Shown here: piece by piece, positions 14,171 through 26,585 of the stretch
How positions within the stretch are numbered: the stretch's first letter is position 1
Layout of the letters: each line of letters begins with the position of its first letter
Assembly (NCBI GenBank): GCA_965649765.1
Contig: OZ287749.1
Coordinates: forward strand, 74,896,001-74,960,000
From: Bispira polyomma
Lineage: Eukaryota
Direction: 5' to 3'
DNA length: 64,000 nucleotides
Made by a program: the position numbers and the translations under genes
The notes under the pieces: model-generated
The model's database searches: none
Seen by the model: the letters and a program-made list of their open reading frames with translations, nothing else
What the model was told of the DNA's origin: nothing

Positions 14171-15198
14171 TAGTCAACTTTGAGTTAAACCAAACTGGAT
14201 GTTTTCATTCCTTAAGAAGAGTATAATAATAATAATGAAACATGAAATAATATTATTAATAATATAAAACCATAATAAATACTTTATAGGCACCCACGCC
14301 TTTAATATCGTCCGGTTTTCTGTGTTCCATCAGAGTTACGTTTATACAGTTTTATTTATCCTTACAAGAAGACAATCCTCCACTATATACTTGATTCATT
14401 AGGCATTGGTTACATATGTCTGTAATTTGTTTTGATGTTCCGCATCTGCGGTGTATTTTACCAAACTTTGTCAAAAAAAAGAAAAAAATTTCAGTTGTGC
14501 TGCAGTTAAGTTTTTCTCTTTTCACCAAATGTGTGTTCGGAAAAGCATATACACAATAAGTTGGACACAGAATCACAGACATATGTATTCAAAGCCTAAA
14601 GCTGCTTTAAATTTCTCTTTTTTATAATGCCAAGTCAGACTAGCTCAGTGACTAAGTTACAATATACACACAACACTTGGAGTGTCCAGTTGAGTCTTTT
14701 ATATATATATATATATTGACAGAGAGAGAAAAAAAAACATAAGAGCAAATCTTTGAAGACAAAATGTAAAAAGAAGAAGCCATTTTGAGTCATCCACAAA
14801 AATTACCAGAGTACTCAACAAACAGAGAGAAAGAAAGAAAAAGAGTGTCCACTTTAAGCATCACTCACAGCTGTATTAAGTCCATCAAAGACAGTACATC
14901 TATACTTATTTTTTTGACACACACAACACACTTTTATATTATTGAACTACTTCATGCTCCTTCTCCCATTTTCCAGCCTCCTCTCTTTACAAAGTATAAC
15001 TGGTAGTTGGGGGTAAACAAACCTCCATCCTTTTTTCCTCATGACACTCCCCTATATCCTATATATATGTATAAGCTCTCTTGTTTATAGGTATCTTTGA
15101 TCTATTACAGGGTTCCCTCAGATGACTACTACTGAACCATAGCCATCCACAACGAGGCTCTTGTGACCTACTTTACACACATATGTGTGTCCATGTGT

Positions 15199-15199
<1 letters not shown>

Positions 15200-15266
<67 letters not shown>
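15200..15266. repeat. (TA)n microsatellite in NR2F 3' UTR
   Basis: About 33 perfect TA units, 75 bp past the stop codon. Confidence 0.97.
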
Positions 15267-15270
<4 letters not shown>

Positions 15271-15340
15271 AGAGTGAGAGCCCATATCTATCTATCCTCC
15301 TTACTGGTTGTGACGTATGCTAGGCATACGTCTGGGCCAG

Positions 15341-15621
15341 TCACTGACATATGCTGGGCATATAGGGCCAATTGAAGGAGCCTCCACTGAGCAACATATC
15401 CCTGATGAGAGTCTCGATTGGGGTCTTCCCCACCAACCTGACAAAGAAGAGCTGCTCGATGACCTGTGCACTGACTGACCTCAGGGAGGGCATGCGCAGC
15501 AAGAGTTTGCCAAAGCGGGTGGGCTGGTTGGGGTATTGAGACCGCACGTATTCCTCTAGTGCGCACTGTGACTTCTCCTGTAGACTCTCGATATGGGTGG
15601 CATCCGATAAACCGCACGCGT
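15341..15621 (-). CDS. NR2F: COUP-TF coding exon 3 (C-terminal LBD + AF-2, stop TGA)
   Basis: Acceptor tttctctgttttacag|AC. Reads (D)[92 protein letters not shown]. The three exons sum to 1278 nt in frame. Confidence 0.97.
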
Positions 15622-15684
15622 CTGTAAAACAGAGAAATAAAAAAAGTCCACATTACTTGTCTATAATATGATGGTTGTATTTAA

Positions 15685-16210
15685 CATTACTAAACTGTGA
15701 TTTAAAATATGAAGCCATACCGTGAAGATTACTGAACTGTGATATAAAAAAAAAATTGTCACACCATAAAGATTACTGACCTGTGATTTAAAATATTAGG
15801 TCGTGCAATGAAAATGACTAAAGTATGATTTAAAATAATATGCCATACCATGAAGATTACTAAACTGTGATTTAAAATATTATGCCATATCATGATGATT
15901 ACTGAACTGTGATTTAAAATATTATGCCATATCATGATGATTACTGAACTGTGATTTAAAATATTATGCCATACCATGAAGATTGCTAAACTGTGATTTA
16001 AAATATTATGGCATACCATGAAGATTACTTAACTGTCATTTATAATATTATGGCATACCATGAAGATTACTTAACTGTCATTTATAATATTATGGCATAC
16101 TATGAAGATTACTTAACTGTCATTTATAATATTATGGCATACTATGAAGATTACTGAACTGTGATTTAAATTATTATGCCATACCATGAAGATTACTAAA
16201 ATTATGCTAT
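15685..16210. repeat. 42-bp minisatellite, about 12-13 copies
   Basis: Unit approximately ACCATGAAGATTACTRAACTGTGATTTAAAATATTATGCCAT. It explains the 14-aa periodic ORF 15759-16019. Confidence 0.95.
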
Positions 16211-19200
16211 ACACATGTAAATTACTAACATCCACCATTAGCTCATGTTCCATAAAATCAGACAAAAATTAGTTTAGAGTACATAACTTGTATATAATTA
16301 TGACAAATCAACTACAACTAATAATAATAATACTAACACCATTTTAGGGTAGCTTTGTCAAGTCAAACCGTACATTGACAAATTACCTACAGCAAGAGAT
16401 AATGCTACAAGTTCTTACTAAACCCAGGTATTTGCACTAAAGTTTTTTATTGGTATAACATGTGTGCAATATTTATTATTCTACATTAGTACAGGTGTAG
16501 TGATTAGTATCAATAACATGTGCTGAGTAATTAATCTTCACAATGAATGTAAATATATAAACAATTGTTATTGGTAAATTTGTTCTTAATTTTTTTTATC
16601 TGAATTTTACTGTGGAATATTAGATTATGCCTTTTTTTATGATATTTTATTTAATGTATATTGCAAAGTAAGTTTTTATCTTTATTCAGTTTGGAATGAT
16701 TATACAGGACAATGAATACAAGTTTAACTAGTTATTTACCAAAACTTGCCATCTTACACATGTCTACTTTTATCAACAACATGATTCAAAGGGTGCCAAC
16801 TACTACTGCAAAAAAAACTAAAGTAAAACTATGTAGTTTTTCTATCCCTGGAGAGCCACACTGAAACCTTTGGCCTGTGAAATATGTTGTGTGTAATGAA
16901 AACAAAATTAATGAATCTACCTCTTATAGGTGAAATCAATAGTACTTAAAAGTCTACACATTTCAAAGTAATTGCACCTGAACAAGAGTAATCAAAACAC
17001 ACATGTTTATGAATCAACAGACCAAATGCACAAGGTTCATTTGTGCTTTTTTTTTTTGCTCCCAGTGAAACTAGAATGAAGGCAAAATACTCCGATACAA
17101 TTATTTATAAGAAAAATACTTATTTTTAAAGGTGTGTATTTTTTAACTGCTCTAAATCTTTGGTCAAATTATGTTTTCACACTAGTAACAAATATGACAT
17201 TATACATATAAGAAATATGAAAAACTGTAAATACAGTACTGATTACAGTTAATTCTATGGCAAGTACCTAGGTATGTGCTCTTACTAATATCTACTTTAC
17301 AGTTTACACACACTCACTATGTATATGTAATAGGTGCTACCTATTTATATGCATGTATGTGTGTTTCTGTCGGATTTTTTTAAACACACGATGATAGTCA
17401 GTATACATTTCCTATTACACAAGAAAAACGTGCCTGGGAGAAAATTAAGATAAATCTAAACAGCCAATCACTAGCCTTTCTCGGCTCAAATTATTATAGC
17501 TATATCTTTTATTAGGTCAGAAATTGAATAAGTACTTTACAATATTTCTTTATAAAGCTTCAGATGAAAATCTTAATTTTTATCTGTCAAAAAATTTAAC
17601 CTGACTTAATTTCCATATGAAATAAGAATTTTCTATACCCAGGCATTCACACAAGACCATTTTCTTATGTGTTATAGCCAAGTGCAATGCTAAATGCAGT
17701 TGAGCACACCAAAAAAAAATATACAAGTATATAAACCAAATTGCAATGTGGGCAGCTAGGAATGTTTTGTGGCTGCTTTTTATGCATATAAAGTATGTGT
17801 GTTACAATAAAAAACACACACTCACACACAGAGAACACATTTTCACGTCCATGTACATGTGGAATCAACAAACAGCACCAAAGATTCTCCTATAGTGAGT
17901 GAAAACTAGACTTTTTTCTAGGAAGGAGGGTAAAAAAGGCGGGGAAAATCATCTTAGCAGACGACTTTTTCCACATTGCATACTAGTCTGTTTAATCAAG
18001 CTGCATTTGATAACACTCACACACAAACAACAACTAAAACAAGTAACCACTTTTTTGTTTATATTTACAAAAGTGGGAGGGGGTACACAACCTATCTCAT
18101 AAAAGGACAACTACTTAATAAAAGCCAACCATTCCAAACCCCCCCTCTCTTCCCTTTTTTTTCTCTTTACCATACACCAAACCTAGCATAAACACACATA
18201 ACCTTCTCCCCCCCCTCCCCCTCTCCATTCCCTACACAACATAGCTGGATTATTTTTGCAACATGATATCATTACAACTAACAGTTTGTGCCTGGGTCAG
18301 CCATTAATATCATCCGATTGGGTTGTTACTCATATTTATGAAATGGTCGAGTCCAAATGAGTTGTAATTTGGGGGCAGATCCAGCCGAGTAAAAATGATA
18401 TCAATAGCCGTGGATGGGATTGTACCCTTGGTGGGGATTTGGGGGCAGGAAAAATGCCCCCTTGATGGTCTTTGTGTAGCCTGAACTGTTCACAGGCTAA
18501 ATCACAGCCAACTCCGACAGCCAACTCTGTCTGGACCATTGGGAGGTCACAGAAGATTTTCTTTCTTATTTATTTCACATTTATGATTTCCTGGAATTTT
18601 TTTTTTTTTTTTTCTTGCGGTAGGTTGGCATTAAAAAATTTTCACCAGGATTTTTTCTCTAAATTTATTAATGTTTCGAGGGGTTGGTATGGGGAGGGGG
18701 AGAAGGAGGGGGTATGTGGTATCAATAATGTAAAGTAAAGGTTTTATTTAAGACTTGTGACCTCTGTGGAAGGGTGTGATGGGCTTGGTGGTCTCCCAGG
18801 GGTTATTTACCAAAGCTGCTGCTATAAGGAAGTGTGAAAAACAAACACAATCTCTGACGTTCTTTATAATAAGGTTTCACTGGTAAAATAGACTTCAAAT
18901 GCTCTTGACTGCTGGTTTTTTTTTTTACCTTTATGGTATATTCTAGTATTTAGTACAATATTATATTTATTTAAAACAGATAACTTTACACACAGTTGTT
19001 TATAGCTAGCCTTTTATTGTAACCTAAATATCATGTTTGTTAATAAAGGTGTTTCTGTTTATTTTTTAAATGTAATCTCTTTATTTTTAAATGTAAACCA
19101 CCTCATCTCCTCATGTACAATTATAAACTGTCCCATTTTCTTTACAGCGTATCATATGTCATACAAATTTATTTTGTGTGTGTGTATACTATTTTCAGTC

Positions 19201-19377
19201 TGGTATCCTAAAATAACCCACCAAAAAGGGGACCATAGATCAGGCAGTGAACAAATCAGTAACAACACAAAAACATAACACAAAATTATTTGTCTTAAAA
19301 TGTTTTCTTATGCATTGAACCATGCAACATATATATATATTCAACACGCGATGAGCCAAAAATGCTATTAGTAGTAA

Positions 19378-19585
19378 TACAGTAGAGAAGCTTCATTATT
19401 TGCATATGTTGAGAGAGCAAGGTTTTGTTTGGATAACAGAAGGTATATAAATTGGAAGAGGTATTTTTTACACAGTACAAAACAATAGCAAAAAGATAAA
19501 AATTTGAGAGGGGTGGAAATGTGTTCATAAAATTGAATAATATTCAGATAATTAGAGGAGTTCAGATAATAGAGGTTCTACAGTA
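19378..19585. mobile_element. Tc1/mariner-pogo-type MITE remnant
   Basis: Begins TACAGTAGA...CATTATT and ends ATAATAGAGGTTCTACAGTA (imperfect TIRs, TA flanks). The right part resembles 6600-6665. Confidence 0.45.
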
Positions 19586-22500
19586 AAACACGAAAACCCC
19601 CACAGAAAATAAAATAAAACACATGTCAAAAAGGGCAGGAAAAAATTACACCATATAATTACAGCTTTTATATTTATCCATTATGAGAATTTGTCAGTTC
19701 TGCAAATGGAGTTAGTTCTCTCTTAGCTTTGTGAGAGCTGTACCCCTCCCCTTGTTTAATTTGATTACCACTTGCACTTGGAGTTGTTGCCTACTACCCC
19801 ACCCCCCCCCCCACCACCACCACAAGGATACAACAAAAAGCCATTGCCTTTGAACTGGTGGTGTTTTGTGGTATTTTTAGGAGGTGCCAGCTCACTCCCT
19901 CCCTAGAGGGGGGTTGGGGGTGTTAAAAGCCAAACACACCATGGGCAATAAAGTGGCTGTCAATGAAGCTTTCATAGAGTGGTGAAGAGGCCTGCTGGGA
20001 GGACATATTGGATCCTATATTTCCCATAATTCCTTGCTACTGGATAGCTGGCTGGGGTTTTTTTTCTCCCCCATCATATCTCAAATCTTATACACAGTAT
20101 AGACAGTACCACAGGGTGAACAAACAGGAGATACTCAGCTTCTTTTGGAACACCAAATTTTGCTGGGGGATTTTCCTTTATACTTTTAGTTGTTATTGTT
20201 GACCTTATATCTAGTAATAAGGCTACCTTAGAGCATTATAGACCTACTTATATATATATAAGATCATCATACCAATGTTATTCCATTTTATAACAGTATG
20301 TAAAGAGCACTTTGCCATATTCTAAAAGTATGATTCATCAATGATGTTTTTTGCAAAGTTGGGTTTTGTAGATGTATTTTACTTACACAATTCATCCCAT
20401 TATATATAGTCTTTGTCTCCTAGTATTTATTAAACATCTTCACACAAACACTATATGACCTTTATAGGCATAACTTCAACAAAGTGAAAAAAAAACAGAA
20501 GATGAGTCAAAGGATTCCCATTATAAACCCCTTTTCAAAGATATCACTTCGGTAAAACTAAACTGCCCCATACCAAAGCATGTAGTAATTTTCTCTCCAC
20601 CTCTCAATTACCGCCCATCAAAGTGTCAATCAAAAATAAATGGGCATGGCGTATCAGTTTGCCTCCTATATACACCTGAGGATAATAAGGCTCTGCTGTC
20701 TCCCAACACCTCCCAAATCTGAGAAGGTTTTATTCTCTGTCTTCTTCTTAAAAACACACCCCCACCAAAGTCTGCATCTACTGTGTGAGAGAGGATGGGA
20801 TGGGGAGACAGCACCCAAAAAGAGACAAAGCTAAATGTCATGTTTTTACACCACAAAAAAATATGAAATTGTCTCCAATAATGAGCAGTAGTTCTAATAG
20901 ATGTGGTTTCCTATAGGGGGATTCCATTGCACTCATAAGAGCACATAATAGGCCCAATGGTCAATGATTTGAGATGCCTTTAAGGGTATAGAATCATCAA
21001 CTGTAATTGGACCTTTCACACACTGCTTTTCACTCACTAGATGAAATACCCGGGGAATTCCTCCCCCCTCCCATCTCCTTCACAAAAAAACTAGGCTTTG
21101 ACCTTCAAATAGAGAATTTGCTTGATTTCTTTTTTCTTATTTGCTCTCCTATCTCCCTTTTCAACTTCTGCCTGAGGTGTGATACTATTTTGTACTATTT
21201 GTCTATTCCTCTCTGTCTTGCCTATCTCTCTGGTGATGATATAATTGGGGGACACAGCAGATAAACAACAGAGGCGATATACACTATATAACTACCAACT
21301 ATACCAGGATACCAGGGAGAAAACACTGATTAAATCATTAGGCATCAGGGCTCTGTATTGTCCCCCCCCCCCCCCAAAAAAAAAAAAAAAAGTTACAAAC
21401 TCAACCCAGACTCAAGCTCAACCACTTTATAAAGGTCTCTCTATCTTTGGTCAAAGAAAATATACATAAAGTCTGACTGCACATTTGAATTCAGCACTGG
21501 AAGCTCTATTAAAATGATCCAATAAATAGTCACCTTTATGGGTTATTTCTTCACTTAAGTTAAGTCTGAGTTTGAGTTTCTTTCGAGATTTCGGGCCCGA
21601 GTTATTGGGGGGAGAGGGGGGGGGGGGGGGGTTCAAAATTATATGCATATTACTGGTTATGACCATGTGGCCATCTGCTTATGCCAAAATGTCAGACGGC
21701 AATCATATTTCACAATACCTGCATGCTATCTTATAATTACTAGACAGTGTGTTATAGGCCTCTATTATATACTTTTCTGGAGTACCATCACCAAGCTCTT
21801 CTTAACACCCATTCTTCTCAAAGAAATGAAGTCAAAAGAATAGATAGATAGATATATATGTGTGTAATAAAAAGTGTTTAAGGTGAGATTTATGAGCTTT
21901 TAGTCAGAAAGTGTAGAATGTCAGGGGAGGGTTTTTGTTCATATGTGTCTGTCTTTTCTCTGTAGATTTGACTATGTGATGCAAAGTAAAAGACAAAAAT
22001 TTCCACTTTGCTGAAAGATTTGTTTTAATCCCTATTATCTACAGCAATGCTAATCTATCTCTTAGCAACACCTGGTGTATTCGACAGAATGGCATTATTT
22101 GCAGGATGCTAAACTAAAAATTAAAACTTAAAGAATCAAAGATTTCATATTGAGATCTAGTGATGGCTTTTTCTGGTTACAACATTCCTAAAACCTTCTA
22201 CCCAATTGTCAGTTTCTATAAAAGATCATAAAAGATTTTATAATGTACAGATTGTTTTTTTTTTAAGTTACAATGTATCATTATTCTCTAGCACTATAGA
22301 TAAAACATTTTGTATGGTGTTTCTGGTTTCAACATACATTTAACTTTAACCAAACTGGCACTTTGTATAAAAACCACTACGAGATTTGATAACATACATA
22401 TTTCTTAAAGTTCTTATGTATGTGCTCTATGGATAAGCCATTTCGTAGTAATATATGTAAATCACTTTTCTTCAAAAAAATATTGGAGATCTATCTGTAG

Positions 22501-23254
22501 CCTTTCACTGATGTACATGGAGACCATTATAAATTCTTTGTATAGGCATATATCCCCTATAATGACAAGTAACAATAAAGTGGGTCATTTGTGAATGAAG
22601 AAACAGAAATCTATAAAAGAAAATTAGTTCTACATAAAAGGAGGCGTCAGAGGGAAGGGGGTAGTTCATGCATTTATATGTCTGTGTGTATTTGAAGTGT
22701 AGAAGTGTTGTGTGCTTTTACAAGAAAAGTGGTAAAAAAATGACACGTTGCCATGCCAACGTAGAAATCATGTCTGTCTGACCGTGCGCAGAACACGTGC
22801 GCATTGAAAGCACTTGGTTTTGATGTGCCCATATCCTTCTCTGTGACACCCCACAGCGAAGTAATGATGGGGACCAGTTCAATCATAACAGACCCAGAAG
22901 AAATAGTTACAAAGAGTCAAGAAAACGTGACCTGCTGTCTTTTCAAAGGGTCACAGACGACATTTAAACAAAAGAGCGGGATGTCAGAGAGATTTTGAAC
23001 GGCAGTAGTCATCATTATATATAGATAGGGGAGAGTTTGAAAAATGGGCTAGAAAACATATGCGACTAGTCTGGTCAGGGCTCCGTATTTATCACGATGT
23101 TAAATTTAACAAACTTCAGTAGTAGCAGTATATTTATTGATTGTTTCATTTTTAATATCAAATGTTTTTGGCATGTTGTTGTGTTGTAGTAATTGGCAAT
23201 GCATCTACTTATTTTATAAAATAGTATTTATAAAAACTACTGATCGAGGGTCTC

Positions 23255-23420
23255 TAGTTTGTGTATTGGTAACAGCCAGTCTCATCTCTGCAGTTGTAGG
23301 GTTTGAGACTTGGCCAGTGCATGTATGTAGGAAGATTGGGTAGACTTGCTGAAGGCCAGTTGTTTTTAAATGCAGGAAACCATGAGACAACTACCATGTA
23401 CTGCTTTTTTCTCTATACCA
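23255..23420 (+). mobile_element. Diverged SINE related to family A
   Basis: Shares CATCTCTGC..GGGTTTGAG..TAGACTTGCTGAAGGCC..CAACTACC.TGTA.TGCTTT with the reverse complement of 25400-25570. Confidence 0.7.
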
Positions 23421-25349
23421 ATAAGTTTTTTTTTACTATTAGAGTCAATAGAAAACTATAAGGTCTGATTTTAAACTAAATTGCAAGTTTATTAGTAACC
23501 ACTATCTCTAAGAAAGCCTGTGCAAGGCTATTGGATGTTTTTATTTCTTCAAACAAAGGATTAAAGGTCGGCCATTAAAAGACTGAGAACATTTCACAGG
23601 GTCAAAAGTTAGAACCAGATATTGATGTCAATAACTTGAGACTCTGTCAATATTTACTTTTAGGGTTTTATTTATGATAGTTGGACACCAGACATTGATC
23701 AGATGTTGCTACAGCAAGGACTTGCTATGTTTTAAACTGCTTTTTTTGAGATTTTTGATATTATCTTTTGGATTTTTAGACTAGTTTGGCCTCATAATCA
23801 GACATATGTCATTTGTAAAGCATTCTTTAGCTACTGTTATAGTTGTACGTACATGTACATCACTATCTTAGTAAAATGTGTAACTATAATGTCTTTTCAA
23901 ATAGCATTTTTATAGTATGGTATAGTTTCGAAATTCAATTAATTATACCAATATAATGTATTGTAGCCTTTGCTGGCACATCAGTTATTTTAGTCATTGC
24001 CCACTCTATGTTTACACAATCACAAAAAATACCATGAGGTCTATATTTGTATATGAATCTACTAACGACTTAATATTATAAGAACTAAATTGATGGGGTC
24101 AATTTAAATTTGGTTGCTGTTTACATCACTTTGAACAGTTTACATCATATTACAGCAGTCAGATTCAATGGTGAAAAGAAACCAGTGCTAAAGCACCGCT
24201 TAAACCACCAACCTATGGTAAGACGATTTACTGGTAAGACAGTTATATTACTATATATTATTTGATATAGACCTTGCATTACAGATCTGTATTAAAGTGT
24301 GTCAACTCTGCACTCATTCATTGTTTGTAGTTACTGGTAAATTGCACAATTGAACACATTTCCCATTACACTAAAAAAAGTACTGAACCTGTTTTTTGGT
24401 TAAATGCTTGTCATAATACTATACCCATTAATAACAGAAATAAAGCTGGTGAAAAGTTTAATTGGATTAAGCCAGCAGCAAGTTTTATAGATAAAAATTA
24501 CAAAACAATACAATAGATAAAAAGAAGGATAAAACAGACAAAACAAAGATAACAATGCCACATCACCAAATTCTAATCTAAAAAAATGGCTTTAACTCTT
24601 TTCCATATTAATTTTTTCCTCTCTCTATTAATCACTAAACTATGTAGCCTTTTACTTAATCAGATCATTTATGGGACACCAGTTTAGATCAGATGACAAA
24701 CAAACCAATAACAAACAAAAACAATTGTAGTACCAAAGTACTGATAGAGGTTCACACAAGAGAGAGAGTAACTGTATCATCATAACAATGATGAAACTCC
24801 GAACTAGAAGGGGAAACTTTTTGATCTGTTATTGTGTTGGAAGGCAGGAAGAGGAGGATGATTCCCTTCAATAATTCATCCTAATGGTTAGATGAACAAT
24901 GTGTCCCTTTGACTATATACACATAGTATCTCTCCCCCCCCCCCCCCCCCCCCTTACTTGTTTTGTTCTTCATGTTTTGTTGTTGTCTGTGAGGTTTTTT
25001 CCTGTATCTGTTTGTGTGCAATGAGGTCGTGCTTTTTGATTACTGAACCTTTGTGTCCCCCTTTTTTGTGTGTGTATTTGTCTCTCTCCCCCCCCCCCCC
25101 CACTTACCTCCCTGTCACATAATCCAGTGTAATAATAACTGTCTATCAATGATGTATTGGAACTATCAGTAGTATTCTAGCCTTTCTTGGCTTTATCCTT
25201 GTTAGGTCGCTCTTAAAAACTTTCATTAAACCATGTGTTTCTAAGATGTGTCTATCGAAGCCCGTTGCTAAGGTGATTGTGAAGGAGGACACACAGAGCT
25301 TATGTTAGATTGAAAAGCAAATCTAGCTTAAAAACGTCAAAACATTATT

Positions 25350-25570
25350 TTCAGTTTAACGTCGTTTTTAACAGCAACTTTCAGTATTATATGACGACGG
25401 GTAGTTTCATTGGTTTAGGTGGAGGAAAGCACTACAGGGTAGTTGGTCAAGGTATTCTGCACTGCAAACCACCGGCCTTCAGCAAGTCTACTGTCAACAA
25501 TTCTCTAAATGCATGCTAGGGGAACGAGGCTCAAACCCCTAACAGCAGAGATGGGAGACCACAGTGTTAC
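25350..25570 (-). mobile_element. Diverged SINE related to family A
   Basis: Contains the same blocks (TTTAACGTC, ACGGGTAGTT, TGGAGGAAA, CAAGG..TCTGCA) as the 26.3-kb copy. Confidence 0.75.
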
Positions 25571-26328
25571 CAGGTTTACTGTACTACTGCTTTCCATATC
25601 TTTCCATAAATAAAATATGATATTTCATTATACCAAGTAATGTTCGAAGAAAGCTGGAACATCTAGTTTTAACTATGTCTAACCAATTAGTTGGTGCCCA
25701 AGAAATGATACTACAAGTAAATAAATACTTCATTGAACACTGTTAATTGAATAATGTAGCTTGATTCCAGAGAAAGCATCAGACAGGCTATAAGATTATT
25801 TAGTATTTAGCCTTTTGCTACCATCAAACGGGCCCCTAAACAACAGCCATAGATAATGTACATGACCTCATATAAGCCAACCGCACAAACTGTCTGCTAA
25901 CCCATATTCTTCATCCCTTGACTGTTGTAACCCGAGTGTTTGTATATTGACACTAGAACTAGAAAGTACCTCAACTTGGCCACTGATTTCCTAATTCATT
26001 GACACAATAAGCAGGCATTGTGTCTAAATTGATAAGGCCAGACTTGATCAATGGATGGGTTTATGATAATAATGAGACTCTGTGATAATTTATCAACTGT
26101 TTCCTTGTTAAATACCTAATATAGTACAATATAGTGCATTATCTGAAGCAAGAAATCAACTTTCTTATTTGACAAAAGGCAAGATTCTCTTAAACTTTAG
26201 TAAAATAAATCTATAATTCAAATCGATGAATATGTTTGGTGTTATTTTTTTTTTTATACATTACAGTATTTGCCCAGACAAAAGCCTATACTTTGCAAAG
26301 CATTTCATCATATTCACATCAATTTTGT

Positions 26329-26585
26329 TTTGAATTTGAATTTGGATATTTAACGTCCACTCTAGTATCTTTTAGTAGGTTATATTGGGACGGGTAGTTG
26401 GAAACGCTGGAGGAAACACTGCATACAGTCGGCCAAGGTTCTGCAGAGAAACCAGCGGCCCACAGTAAGGAACTACCACCTTTCCCACATAGGCATCGAC
26501 GGGATTCGAACTCACGCCGCCCAGAGGTGAGAGACCAGTGATTGTGAAGCGCAATGCTTGCTAACCACTAGGCCACCGCGGCCCC
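26329..26585 (-). mobile_element. tRNA-derived SINE, family A, full length
   Basis: Minus strand reads GGGGCCGCGGTGGCCTAGTGG...GAGTTCGAATCCC with intact A and B boxes and a (TTCAAA)n tail. 14-bp TSD CACATCAA[T/G]TTTGT (26315-26328 / 26586-26599). Confidence 0.92.

Larger units (their letters stand above)
13315..15340 (-). other. Putative NR2F 3' UTR, end uncertain
   Basis: Follows the stop codon. Candidate minus-strand signals: AATAAA at 14356-14351 and 13606-13601, and ATTAAA at 13320-13315 with U-rich downstream sequence. Confidence 0.35.

Noticed and set aside
15759-16019. ORF with 14-aa repeats (MxWHNILNHSxxIx)
   Set aside because: Translation of the 42-bp minisatellite. No sign of a gene.
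15685-16210. CRISPR-like periodicity (also 50640-50997)
   Set aside because: Head-to-tail tandem units with no unique spacers, no cas genes, and a eukaryotic context.
26500-26585. tRNA gene candidate
   Set aside because: A and B boxes are present, but there is no closing acceptor stem, and it continues into a SINE body with tail and TSD.
6292-26585. Inverted SINE-A pair flanking exon 3 as a circRNA driver
   Set aside because: Exon 3 is terminal (no donor), and the 6.3-kb copy probably lies beyond the poly(A) site.
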